The notes under the pieces are model-generated. The model did not search any database. It worked only from the letters and a program-made list of their open reading frames with translations, and was not told the DNA's origin. Shown here one piece after another: positions 1 through 8,914 of a DNA stretch of 64,000 nucleotides (the stretch's first letter is position 1; each line of letters opens with the position of its first letter). Made by a program: the position numbers and the translations under genes. This DNA is from a virus: IMG/VR virus record IMGVR_UViG_3300042914_002167, one strand, 5' to 3'.

Positions 1-237
1 GAGGGAGGATATGACTACCGCACCTACGACGACAACGAAAACTACCGTGATGAGTGGGATAGGCGAAATCCAAACCATAAAGGATGGGTCGAACCACTCT
101 ACACCCACCCACCCCGCCGCGAGTGGCGAAGTCTGAGCGAGGAGGAGTTCGGGTACATCCACGTGCGCTCTGCCACGCATGAAGAGTTTGCCCGCGCCGT
201 CGAGGCCGCGCTAAAGGAGAAGAACCACCATGACTGA
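1..237 (+). CDS. 3' part of a small hypothetical phage protein (5'-truncated by window edge)
   Basis: Frame 1 is open to TGA at 235-237: ...PLYTHPPRREWRSLSEEE...FARAVEAALKEKNHHD. This C-terminal motif is common in small proteobacterial phage ORFs. GC-richer than the downstream DNA. Confidence 0.7.
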   Translation, partial: EGGYDYRTYDDNENYRDEWDRRNPNHKGWVEPLYTHPPRREWRSLSEEEFGYIHVRSATHEEFARAVEAALKEKNHHD

Positions 238-421
238 AGAAAAATATGATGTTGTTATTGCAACACTACAAGAGACATATGATCGTCTTTGGAAAATGAC
301 TCAAGGAAATATGAATTCAGATTGCTTCAACATCATGGATACAATTCGCCTTGAACAGATGGATCAACTAAAAGATGCAATGGTGTGCTGGAAGAAGTAC
401 AAGCACGAATGGGAAGAATGA
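230..421 (+). CDS. hypothetical protein, 63 aa
   Basis: ORF with AAGGAG Shine-Dalgarno upstream; overlaps the stop of the previous gene. Confidence 0.7.
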   Translation: MTEEKYDVVIATLQETYDRLWKMTQGNMNSDCFNIMDTIRLEQMDQLKDAMVCWKKYKHEWEE

Positions 422-422
422 T

Positions 423-451
423 TTGACTTTTGCATAAATTTGTGGTAGAAT
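423..451 (+). promoter_or_regulatory. sigma70-type early promoter
   Basis: TTGACT (423-428), 17-bp spacer, TG-extended TAGAAT (446-451), just upstream of ATG 458. Confidence 0.75.
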
Positions 452-457
452 GCACAC

Positions 458-1039
458 ATGAACATATTTTTTCTCGACCAATCCCCTAAAGTCTGCGCAC
501 AAATGCATCTTGATCGCCATGTGGTGAAGATGATCCTAGAGTATGCTCAACTTCTTTCTACTGCTCATCGTGTCCTCGATGGCGTTCATCATGTGGGTTT
601 GTCTAAAAGTGGTAGAAAACAAACGCGATATGTTCTTTCAGATGATCGTGATGCTGTTCTGTATTCTGCTACTCATATCAATCATCCTTCGGCTAAATGG
701 TGCCGGCATACTTCAGAGAACTACAAGTGGCTATACAGTCTCTTCATTGAGTGCATGACAGAGTACACACACAGGTATGGTAAAGTTCATGCATGTGACA
801 AACTCAAGGATGTGTTGAGTCAACCACCGAAGAACATCCCTGTCGGTGAGTTCTCTGCACCATGGCGCGCAATGCCAGATGAGTTCAAAGTAGAGGGCGA
901 CACAATCCTATCCTATCGCAACTACTATGTCGGTGCAAAAGCAAATTTTGCAAAGTGGACCAAGAGAAATACGCCAGACTGGTTCACTTCTATGCTACAT
1001 AGTAAGAACACTACAGGAGTAAATCGTGCCCACATATGA
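458..1039 (+). CDS. pyrimidine-dimer DNA glycosylase/endonuclease V-like protein
   Basis: MNIFFLD...CAQMHLDRHVVKMILEYAQLLSTAH, H-x-NHP, YxxRYGKxH and YRxYY motifs typical of this phage family. Confidence 0.75.
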   Translation: MNIFFLDQSPKVCAQMHLDRHVVKMILEYAQLLSTAHRVLDGVHHVGLSKSGRKQTRYVLSDDRDAVLYSATHINHPSAKWCRHTSENYKWLYSLFIECMTEYTHRYGKVHACDKLKDVLSQPPKNIPVGEFSAPWRAMPDEFKVEGDTILSYRNYYVGAKANFAKWTKRNTPDWFTSMLHSKNTTGVNRAHI

Positions 1040-1262
1040 CTTTAGACACAGAGAGACAGGTGAGATCGTTGAAAAGGTCATGAAGATCAGTGAGCGTGAC
1101 GATTTCCTGCGTGACAATCCACAGTATGAGTCAGTGATTTTAGGAGCGCCTTCAATTGGTGATCCTGTTCGGCTTGGGTTGAGAAAGCCAGATCAAGGCT
1201 TCCGTGAAGTTTTGCAGAAAGCTAAGGCAGCACATCCGTTAGGGAAAATAAACACCTTTTGA
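1026..1262 (+). CDS. FmdB-like small regulatory protein (Cys ligands absent)
   Basis: GTG start with GGAG SD; MPTYDF...TGE...E N-terminus; sits before phoH as in other T4-like phages. Confidence 0.65.
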   Translation: MPTYDFRHRETGEIVEKVMKISERDDFLRDNPQYESVILGAPSIGDPVRLGLRKPDQGFREVLQKAKAAHPLGKINTF

Positions 1263-1295
1263 GGGAGAAGATTACTTCACCGAAAAAAGGTAAAC

Positions 1296-2063
1296 ATGGC
1301 GACAAAACGACAACAAACTGCACTGCAAAAGAGAGATGATGCGGTGGAAGGAGATGAATACAAGCATCAACATCAACCAGTTTCCAATGGGCTGAAGATA
1401 AAGCTAGACCATCTAAAGACATTCGACCCCCTCACCGATAATCAATCAAAGTTTTTTGAGATGTATCGAGGTGGGGGTTATTTCATTGGTCTGTTTGGAA
1501 GCCCAGGCGTTGGTAAGACATTTCTTGCAATGTATCGTGCGATTGAAGAAGTCTTGGCAAAAGACAATCCATTCAATCAAGTTGTCGTTGTTAGAAGTCT
1601 AGTTCAACTCAGAGAGATTGGGCACTTGCCAGGCAATCTAGAAGAGAAGCAAGAAATCTATGAGTTGCCATACAAAGAAATCTGCCACACATTGTTCGGA
1701 AGATCAGATGCGTGGGACAGATTGAAAGAGCAAGGTCATGCACGATTCATTAGCACGACAGCAATTCGCGGCATCTCAATTGACGATTCTATCATCATCG
1801 TTGACGAATGCCAGAACATGAACTGGAGTGAAATCAATACAGTCATGTCGCGAGTTGGGCACAGATCAAAAATCATCTTTGCTGGAGACTTCAAGCAAAC
1901 GGACTTGATCAAGAGCAATCGTGACACAAGCGCATTCCATGATTTCAGAAGAATCGCAACTTCAATGAGTGCATTCCAAGAAGTCTACTTCACACCAGAA
2001 GACATTGTACGTAGCAGTCTAGTCAAAGACTGGATCATAGCCTGCGAAAAGAACGGATACTAA
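1296..2063 (+). CDS. phoH: PhoH-family ATPase
   Basis: Walker A GSPGVGKT, IGHLPG, RGxS, IIVDECQN and GDxxQ.DL motifs. Confidence 0.93.
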   Translation: MATKRQQTALQKRDDAVEGDEYKHQHQPVSNGLKIKLDHLKTFDPLTDNQSKFFEMYRGGGYFIGLFGSPGVGKTFLAMYRAIEEVLAKDNPFNQVVVVRSLVQLREIGHLPGNLEEKQEIYELPYKEICHTLFGRSDAWDRLKEQGHARFISTTAIRGISIDDSIIIVDECQNMNWSEINTVMSRVGHRSKIIFAGDFKQTDLIKSNRDTSAFHDFRRIATSMSAFQEVYFTPEDIVRSSLVKDWIIACEKNGY

Positions 2064-2076
2064 GAGGAGAACAAAC

Positions 2077-2532
2077 ATGGGATTTTCACTATCACAAAGA
2101 TCACTAGACAGACTTCAAGGTGTGGATGACCGCCTGATTCAAGTTGTCCAGATCGCAATTCAAGTGTCCAACATTGACTTTGCAGTCACTGAGGGATTGA
2201 GAACTAGAGAACGTCAACAGGAACTAGTCGCAAAGGGCGCAAGTCAGACGATGAAGTCCAAGCATATTGATGGACTAGCTGTTGATTTGGTTGCTTACAT
2301 CGGCGACAGAATTTCTTGGGAATTGAATCTGTATGACGACATCGCAGACGCAATGAAATATGCAGCAACTGAGGTTGGTGTTCCAATCTGTTGGGGCGCA
2401 GCATGGCAGATTCCAGACATCCGCGAATGGGATGGAACAATGCAAGACGCAATGGATGCTTATGTTGACCTTCGCAGAAGCCAAGGGCGCCGACCCTTCA
2501 TTGACGGACCTCACTTCCAGATTGAAGAGTAA
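2077..2532 (+). CDS. endolysin, M15-family L-Ala-D-Glu peptidase
   Basis: FSLSQRSLDRLQGV, EGLRT..RQ, SKH..GLAVD and DGPHFQ zinc-peptidase motifs. Confidence 0.9.
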   Translation: MGFSLSQRSLDRLQGVDDRLIQVVQIAIQVSNIDFAVTEGLRTRERQQELVAKGASQTMKSKHIDGLAVDLVAYIGDRISWELNLYDDIADAMKYAATEVGVPICWGAAWQIPDIREWDGTMQDAMDAYVDLRRSQGRRPFIDGPHFQIEE

Positions 2533-2534
2533 CA

Positions 2535-3197
2535 ATGCCATTTCATCATGTGCCGACAACGCTAACTGAGATCGGATCAAAAACGGTTGACGGTAAGCGA
2601 TACTATGAAACACCGACGGGGCAACTATACCCGTCGGTGACTACTGTCATGTCTCTTTACAACAAAGACGAGATCATGGCGTGGCGTCAACGAGTGGGTG
2701 CAGAGCAAGCAAACAAGATTGCAAGCAAAGCAGCAAGGCGCGGCACTAGTATGCACACGGTCTGTGAGAACTATCTAAAGAATCAGCACGACTCATCAAA
2801 GTTGATGCCCTCCACATTGCAATTGTTCAAGTCAATTCAGCCCTGGATTGATAAATACATAGACAACGTACATGCAATTGAAGCGCCTCTGTTTTCTGAT
2901 CACTTAGAAGTCGGTGGGCGTGTTGACTGCATTGCTGAGTTTGACGGCAAGTTAGCCATCGTAGATTATAAGACCTCAAGCCGAAGAAAAGATGAGAACA
3001 AAATTCAAAACTACTTCATGCAGTGTGCAGCATATGCTGTGATGTATGAAGAGAGAACAGGCATTTCTGTTCCTCGGATTGCAATTGTGATGGCAGTAGA
3101 AGATGATCATCCTCTGCTGTTTGTGAAGAAAAGAGACGACTACATTGACAATTTCATTTCCTTGAGGAAAGAGTACAAACGCAGATTTGACAAGTGA
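2535..3197 (+). CDS. PD-(D/E)XK exonuclease (T4-like phage Cas4-like family)
   Basis: YPSVTTV, RGT..H, GRVD, IVDYKTS and Q..AY motifs. Confidence 0.88.
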   Translation: MPFHHVPTTLTEIGSKTVDGKRYYETPTGQLYPSVTTVMSLYNKDEIMAWRQRVGAEQANKIASKAARRGTSMHTVCENYLKNQHDSSKLMPSTLQLFKSIQPWIDKYIDNVHAIEAPLFSDHLEVGGRVDCIAEFDGKLAIVDYKTSSRRKDENKIQNYFMQCAAYAVMYEERTGISVPRIAIVMAVEDDHPLLFVKKRDDYIDNFISLRKEYKRRFDK

Positions 3198-3215
3198 GTG
3201 CAAGTCTGTTACACT
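3187..3215 (+). promoter_or_regulatory. sigma70-type promoter upstream of the 100-aa ORF and tmRNA gene
   Basis: TTGACA (3187-3192), 17 bp, TG-extended TACACT (3210-3215). Confidence 0.7.
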
Positions 3216-3226
3216 AAGGGGATGAA

Positions 3227-3529
3227 ATGAAAAAACTAATCACATCGCTATGCATGGTATTGTTTGGAGTGACTGCATCCGCGCAGCAGAAGGTATCGTT
3301 GCCTGTTGTGTGCGCGGAACCTGAGTTCGTCGGAAAGATTCTAAAAGAGTACAAAGAAGAGATTTTGTTTGTAGGTAAAGATTTGATTCATGGTGTCAAG
3401 CAATTGACACTGAACATCTTTCTGAATCCTAAGACCGGTACATACAGCGCAGTTCTGGTTTCAACAGACGCATCGGTGATATGCGTAGTCAGTTCAGGTG
3501 AAGCAGGAAAGATACTACATAACAATTGA
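3227..3529 (+). CDS. hypothetical exported protein
   Basis: N-terminal signal peptide MKKLITSLCMVLFGVTASA; two Cys in the mature part. Confidence 0.75.
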   Translation: MKKLITSLCMVLFGVTASAQQKVSLPVVCAEPEFVGKILKEYKEEILFVGKDLIHGVKQLTLNIFLNPKTGTYSAVLVSTDASVICVVSSGEAGKILHNN

Positions 3530-3860
3530 GAGTTATGATCGTATGAAGCGAAGAGAAAAGCAAGCAAGACGCGGGTTCGACTCCCGCCCGATCCACCAGT
3601 AAGCATATTTGTCGGTGCCCTGTGGTAGCCAATCCATAAAAGACTCAGAGGGAAGGTTATCCTCTAAAGTATGCTTACTAATGGGTCGGTCATGGTTTCG
3701 ATTGCGTGAAGAGTAACAGAGTGGACGATCCGGTAGGCGATGACCGTAAATCAAGCAAAACTATAAATGCAAACGATGCATATTTTGGAGACCTTCGCCT
3801 AGCGGCGTAAACTCCATGGGGTTTCGTCGGCTGTCCTTATTAACCAATCAGCCGACACCA
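3530..3860 (+). ncRNA. ssrA: circularly permuted (two-piece) tmRNA
   Basis: The 3' tRNA-like half comes first: T-arm GCGGG-TTCGACT-CCCGC (3571-3587), then CCGATCC-ACCA (3588-3598). The 5' half GGGTCGG (3683-3689) pairs with CCGATCC giving G3.U70. P2 helix TTGC.TG/CA.GCAA. Tag frame 3769-3810 reads ANDAYFGDLRLAA*. 3' hairpin GTCGGCTG/CAGCCGAC (3826-3856). Outer ends are approximate. Confidence 0.93.
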
Positions 3861-3898
3861 CTATATAAAGAACAACAACATTCACAGGTGACTACACA

Positions 3899-4936
3899 AT
3901 GAAAAAAATTGCACTCGTTACAGGTATCACTGGTCAAGACGGAAGTTATCTTGCTGAACTTCTCTTAGAAAAAGGATACGATGTTCATGGCCTTGTTCGT
4001 AGGTCAAGCACAGGGCTAAATTCACAAAACATCGATCACATCAAAGACAAGATCAAATTCCATTACAGTGATTTGTCTGATTGCGCAAATGTTCGCAACA
4101 TCATCCTATCAGTCAAACCAGATGAAGTCTACAATCTCGCGGCGCAAAGTCATGTGAGTGTTAGTTTCGAGGTGCCAACTTTCACTGGAGATGTTAATGC
4201 AATTGGCGTACTCAAACTCCTTGAAGCTGTGAGAACTTTATCAGAAGAAAAAGAATGTAGATTCTATCAAGCCTCAACAAGTGAGTTGTATGGTAAAGTC
4301 CGTGAGACTCCGCAGACAGAAAAAACTCCTTTTTACCCGAGAAGCCCGTATGCCGTTGCTAAACTTTATGGATACTGGATCACAGTCAACTACCGTGAAA
4401 GCTATGGGCTTTACACATGCAACGGCATTCTATTCAATCATGAAAGCCCACGAAGAGGACCAGAGTTTGTAACTCGAAAGATTGTGCAAGGAATGATCAG
4501 TGTGAATCTGGGCAAGCAAGAAGTTCTAGAACTTGGCAATCTTGATGCTCGGCGCGATTGGGGTCATGCAAAGGATTATGTTCGTGCAATGTGGTTGATG
4601 ATGCAACAGAAAACTCCAGACGACTACGTTATCTCATCCGACGAAGAGCATTCTGTTCGCGACTTTTGCAACTCAGTTGCGTCCTATCTAGGATTCAACA
4701 TCAAATGGCAAGGTGAAGGTCTAAATGAAGTTGGCATTAACACCACGACAGGCAAAACAATCGTGAGAGTGAATAAAGATTTCTATCGCCCATCGGAAGT
4801 ACCAACAATCTTCGGCGACTGCTCAAAGGCAAAAACTGTCTTGGGATGGAAGCCAGAGTATAACTTCGATGGGCTAGTTCATGAAATGTGCGAAAAAGAA
4901 ATGGTGATGCAGACAAAATCTGTCAAAATGGAGTAA
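3899..4936 (+). CDS. gmd: GDP-mannose 4,6-dehydratase
   Basis: TGITGQDGSYL, NLAAQSHV, QASTSELYG, SPYAVAK, LFNHESPRRG and RDWGHAKDYV. Confidence 0.96.
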   Translation: MKKIALVTGITGQDGSYLAELLLEKGYDVHGLVRRSSTGLNSQNIDHIKDKIKFHYSDLSDCANVRNIILSVKPDEVYNLAAQSHVSVSFEVPTFTGDVNAIGVLKLLEAVRTLSEEKECRFYQASTSELYGKVRETPQTEKTPFYPRSPYAVAKLYGYWITVNYRESYGLYTCNGILFNHESPRRGPEFVTRKIVQGMISVNLGKQEVLELGNLDARRDWGHAKDYVRAMWLMMQQKTPDDYVISSDEEHSVRDFCNSVASYLGFNIKWQGEGLNEVGINTTTGKTIVRVNKDFYRPSEVPTIFGDCSKAKTVLGWKPEYNFDGLVHEMCEKEMVMQTKSVKME

Positions 4937-4940
4937 AATT

Positions 4941-6170
4941 ATGGAAAAAGTTTTAGAAATCGGTTCGTACTATGTGAGTGACTTTCTCAATGCAGAAGAG
5001 AACTCATCGAATAGGAGCAAGTATAGTCTAGACTTGTATCTTGATTCCGATCTCGGCGCAGTTCGATTGGGCAAGAACGATTTGGCTCCAGCGCATACGA
5101 TGTGGGGAAAGTATTGGTATCGCAGCGGCACGAATGCGACAATGACAAATGAACTCAAAGGCATTGTTGGAGAAGTATGCTCTAGAGTAAAACTCAAAGA
5201 CGATGACGTTTGGCTGGACATTGCATGCAATGATGGAACACTACTGAAAGCGATTCCAGACAACATCAAGAAAGTCGGGATTGATCCATGCGACGATAGT
5301 TTCCACTCCGAAAGCAGCAAGCACGGCGAAGTTATTCAAGATTACTTCAGCAAGACTGCATGGAACAAAACTTCAGTCGCAAACAAAAAAGCAAAAGTAA
5401 TCACTTGCATTGCAATGTTCTATGATCTAGACGATCCTCATCCATTTGTTGCAGACTTGGCTGATGTTCTAGATGACGATGGAGTTCTTGTTCTTCAGAT
5501 GAGTTACACTCCGCTGATGGTCAATCAAATGGCATTTGACAACATTTGCCATGAGCATGTCTATTACTATGATCTAACAAGCATCAAGACTTTGTTCAGT
5601 CAACATGGCTTTAGGGTTGTCGATTGCAGTCTCAATGACACAAATGGCGGTAGCTTTAGAATTTACATTCAGAAATCATGTGCAGCAGAATCATCATTCG
5701 GCTCTGCTCCACTTCGCGATGTGTGCAATATGAGAGTTACAAGCATCCTCAAATACGAGAACACAGAACTAAACATCCGTGATCCTCAAGTCTGGAAATA
5801 TTTTGGAAATCGTCTGAACGACCTGAAGAATAAAGTTGTGCAGTTTGTTGATGGTGCACTTGCCCAAGGAAAAACAGTGTACGGATACGGCGCAAGCACA
5901 AAGGGCAATACACTTCTTCAACACTTCGGCCTGAATCACACTAAAATCTCAGCAATTGCAGAACGCAGCCAATACAAGTTTGGTATGAAGACGGTTGGTT
6001 CTGAAATTCCTATTATCAGTGAAGATGAAATGCGTAAAGCAAATCCAGACTATCTTCTAGTTTTGCCGTGGCACTTCATTGATGAATTTGAGCGTAGAGA
6101 GCAAGATTACATCAATGCAGGAGGTGCATTGGTAGTACCATGCCCGCAATTCAAAATGATTGGTCGCTGA
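4941..6170 (+). CDS. NDP-hexose C-methyltransferase-like protein (SAM-dependent)
   Basis: Y.YRSG, DIACNDGTLL, FDNICHEH.YY, NGGS.R, GYGASTKGNTLL and LPWHF motifs of sugar C-methyltransferases. Confidence 0.85.
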   Translation: MEKVLEIGSYYVSDFLNAEENSSNRSKYSLDLYLDSDLGAVRLGKNDLAPAHTMWGKYWYRSGTNATMTNELKGIVGEVCSRVKLKDDDVWLDIACNDGTLLKAIPDNIKKVGIDPCDDSFHSESSKHGEVIQDYFSKTAWNKTSVANKKAKVITCIAMFYDLDDPHPFVADLADVLDDDGVLVLQMSYTPLMVNQMAFDNICHEHVYYYDLTSIKTLFSQHGFRVVDCSLNDTNGGSFRIYIQKSCAAESSFGSAPLRDVCNMRVTSILKYENTELNIRDPQVWKYFGNRLNDLKNKVVQFVDGALAQGKTVYGYGASTKGNTLLQHFGLNHTKISAIAERSQYKFGMKTVGSEIPIISEDEMRKANPDYLLVLPWHFIDEFERREQDYINAGGALVVPCPQFKMIGR

Positions 6171-6171
6171 A

Positions 6172-6813
6172 ATGTCAAATCAGTTTCACGTAATCACGCC
6201 CCTCGCACGATTTGGCAACAAAACTGAGTTGATGCGTATGTTAGAGAATCAGGGTGTCATCTGGCATGTAATTACAGATGATGATGCAAAAGAAACAGTT
6301 GAGTTTAGCGAGTCTTGGATCAAACATCATGTTTGCCCAAACGGTGGAATGGAATTTTGGAAACGATGCAACAATTCAATCAATTGGTTCATTGAAACGC
6401 AAGAGATTGTTCCTGAAGACATGTACTGCTTCATGAATGACGATGATGGATATGAACCACAATTCTTTGAAAAAATGAGAACCGCAATTCAACAAATCAA
6501 AGAAAAAAACATGCCATCAGATGTCATTGTATGCTCAATGGAAAGAGGTCATGCTATTCCAGACGATGTTGTTCCTGAGCGTAGACATCCGACAACAAAA
6601 TTGTTTGCACATCCAAACTTCATGCAAGTTGGATGGGTGGGAGTTGAGCAGATTTATTTGTCTGGTAGAGTGTTATCTGAAAATAGACTGCCCATAGATG
6701 TGAACGGAGATGGCATGATGATATGCGATATCGTTCGGCGATATCCCACTTCTTATGTACCAGAAATATCAGCATGGTTCAACTATCTAGAGCCAGGAAG
6801 ATGGAACAAATGA
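6172..6813 (+). CDS. putative GT-A fold glycosyltransferase
   Basis: ITPLAR N-terminus, FMNDDD DxD-like motif, DG..I C-terminal motif. Start set at ATG 6172 just after the previous stop. Confidence 0.6.
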   Translation: MSNQFHVITPLARFGNKTELMRMLENQGVIWHVITDDDAKETVEFSESWIKHHVCPNGGMEFWKRCNNSINWFIETQEIVPEDMYCFMNDDDGYEPQFFEKMRTAIQQIKEKNMPSDVIVCSMERGHAIPDDVVPERRHPTTKLFAHPNFMQVGWVGVEQIYLSGRVLSENRLPIDVNGDGMMICDIVRRYPTSYVPEISAWFNYLEPGRWNK

Positions 6814-7736
6814 AAAATGTCGCTATATTGACGGGATCAAAACAAGATTGTGGCATATATTATTATGCTAGAAATCTTCATAACATGCTGACGAAATCAA
6901 AACACAACAATTATCTGTTATTCACATGCGACAGTGAATCGGAAATGCAAAAGATTGTTCAAGATAATAGCATTGATGTTGTTATTCATAATTGGCATCC
7001 AACTACAATGCGATGGCTAAATCAATATGTAATTGATAAAAATAAAGTCAGACAATTCATGATTATAGGGCATGAGGGTCGCTTCGAAACTATCCATTTT
7101 CATAATATAGAACACTATATTACAATTGATGTCACTGCACCAGATACAGAAAAAGTTCATCCTGGAGTTAGACCCATCGTAATATACGAAGATATTCAAT
7201 ACTCATCGCCCGGCAACGTTCTAAAAATAGGTACCAGCGGTATAGGTCAACACAACAAGAATCTGAATGTAATCATTGATATCATCAACAGACAATTCAA
7301 TGAACCAGTAGAATTGAATGTTCACTTCTCACCAGGTTTTTACACACCACTGAAAGAAGATGCAATAACACAACTAATTGAACATTACAAGAAATATGCA
7401 AAGTCTAATGTAAAGATCAACTATACATTAGAGAGGTTCTCAGAATACGATCTAATCAAATGGCTCAACAACAACGACATAAACATTTACTACTACGAAA
7501 CTTTTGATGCCGTAGGTGTTAGTGGTTCAACAGACAGAGCCTTATCTGCAAGAAAACCTATTGGAGTAAACACATCAAACTTCTTTAGGCATATCATCAG
7601 CGACGACATCAACATTGAAAAGACGCCAATAAAGGAAATTGTTGCAAAAGGATTGACACCACTGTCAAAATACTATACAATGTGGAACAGTGACACCCTT
7701 TTAGCACAGTACGATGGATTGGTAAACAGCAAATGA
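6810..7736 (+). CDS. putative GT-B (GT4-like) glycosyltransferase
   Basis: CGI..Y...L N-terminus, G....KN and D.N.YY...G.SG...ALSARKP C-terminal motif; ATGA overlap with the previous gene. Confidence 0.65.
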   Translation: MKNVAILTGSKQDCGIYYYARNLHNMLTKSKHNNYLLFTCDSESEMQKIVQDNSIDVVIHNWHPTTMRWLNQYVIDKNKVRQFMIIGHEGRFETIHFHNIEHYITIDVTAPDTEKVHPGVRPIVIYEDIQYSSPGNVLKIGTSGIGQHNKNLNVIIDIINRQFNEPVELNVHFSPGFYTPLKEDAITQLIEHYKKYAKSNVKINYTLERFSEYDLIKWLNNNDINIYYYETFDAVGVSGSTDRALSARKPIGVNTSNFFRHIISDDINIEKTPIKEIVAKGLTPLSKYYTMWNSDTLLAQYDGLVNSK

Positions 7737-8404
7737 GATGCTACACACAATGGGATCATGAAGCAAAGTTCAGATACGCCTTTGCTGGATGTGAGTCCAT
7801 CACGGAGACACATTCGCAAGCATATCAAGACATTTTTGCTTTGACTATGTTCAATGGAAAAAGAAACGGCGAATACTTTGAAATTGGTGCTAATGTTCCA
7901 GACTACACCAACAACACATATTTGCTGTCCAAAAACTTTGATTGGAATGGAACAAGTATCGACTTCATTGGTGGGCTAGACTCGCATTGGCGAATAGTTC
8001 GCCCTCAAAATAGATTTGTCCAGTGTGATGCACTGACTGCAAACTATGAAGAGTTGATTGGATCCAGCCGAGCAATCGACTATTTGCAACTAGACATAGA
8101 GCCATGCACAAACACACTGACTGCACTGAAGAGAATTCCACACGACAAGTATCGATTTGGTTTCATCTCGTTTGAGACTGACTTATATACTGGTGGGCAA
8201 GCCCCTCAAGTGAGAGAAGAGAGCAGACAGTATCTGACAAATCTTGGATATACACTGATTATTCCAGACGTTATCGTTGATAATACAAACCCGTATGAAG
8301 ATTGGTGGGTTGACTTGGATCTAGTCAACAGAGATGTTGCACTTAGCATAAAAGAAATGGCAAAACAAACACAAAAACCATTTGAATTGTTGTTCACTAA
8401 ATAG
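7733..8404 (+). CDS. FkbM-like SAM-dependent methyltransferase
   Basis: SQAYQD.F, G.YFEIGA, NNTYLL...W.G.SID, IDYLQLDIE, I.FE.D and EDWW motifs. Confidence 0.75.
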   Translation: MRCYTQWDHEAKFRYAFAGCESITETHSQAYQDIFALTMFNGKRNGEYFEIGANVPDYTNNTYLLSKNFDWNGTSIDFIGGLDSHWRIVRPQNRFVQCDALTANYEELIGSSRAIDYLQLDIEPCTNTLTALKRIPHDKYRFGFISFETDLYTGGQAPQVREESRQYLTNLGYTLIIPDVIVDNTNPYEDWWVDLDLVNRDVALSIKEMAKQTQKPFELLFTK

Positions 8405-8431
8405 GTTTCCATCAATAAAAAAGGAGAATGA

Positions 8432-8914
8432 ATGAAGCCCCTAAAAAAGGTTTTGTTATCACTCACCCTCGCTCTTTTTACAATTACACTCATTCCAGCA
8501 GTTCACGATGTTGATCAAAATGATCTTCATTGGCTATCATTGAACATTTACTATGAAGCGGGCAATCAGCCTGCACTTGGAAAGATAGCCGTTGGAGTTG
8601 TGACAATAAACAGAGTACGCCATCAATTATTTCCAGGTACAATAGAAAGCGTAATCAAAGAGCGTAAACAGTTTTCCTGGTACAACAACAAGAAAAAAGT
8701 TGTGGTTCCAAATCAAAATGATAAAGCGTGGAAAGAATCTATTATCATAGCGAGATATGTATTGAAATTACCCAAAAATCATGCTATAATAGACCCTCTA
8801 CGGAACGTAACCCACTATCATGCAACATATGTGAGACCAAAATGGAAAAACTCTATGATCAAAGTCGCTCAGATTGGCGACCACATTTTCTACAGAATGA
8901 GAGAAAAGACATGA
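8432..8914 (+). CDS. SleB-like cell wall hydrolase (Hydrolase_2)
   Basis: Signal/anchor N-terminus; NIYYEA, G.IAV..V.INRV, QFSW, HYHA.YV.P.W and IGDHIFY. Confidence 0.9.
   Translation: MKPLKKVLLSLTLALFTITLIPAVHDVDQNDLHWLSLNIYYEAGNQPALGKIAVGVVTINRVRHQLFPGTIESVIKERKQFSWYNNKKKVVVPNQNDKAWKESIIIARYVLKLPKNHAIIDPLRNVTHYHATYVRPKWKNSMIKVAQIGDHIFYRMREKT

Noticed and set aside
2535-3197. Cas4-like nuclease as part of a CRISPR system
   Set aside because: No repeat-spacer array or other cas genes seen; this exonuclease is a routine T4-like gene.
3561-3598. Stand-alone tRNA or tRNA fragment (attP-like)
   Set aside because: No upstream D/anticodon arms; the matching 5' acceptor strand and a tag frame lie downstream, which is diagnostic of a permuted tmRNA.
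3388-3754. Minus-strand ORFs 3388-3606 and 3533-3754
   Set aside because: They are antisense to the tmRNA gene and the upstream CDS, with no recognisable protein features.
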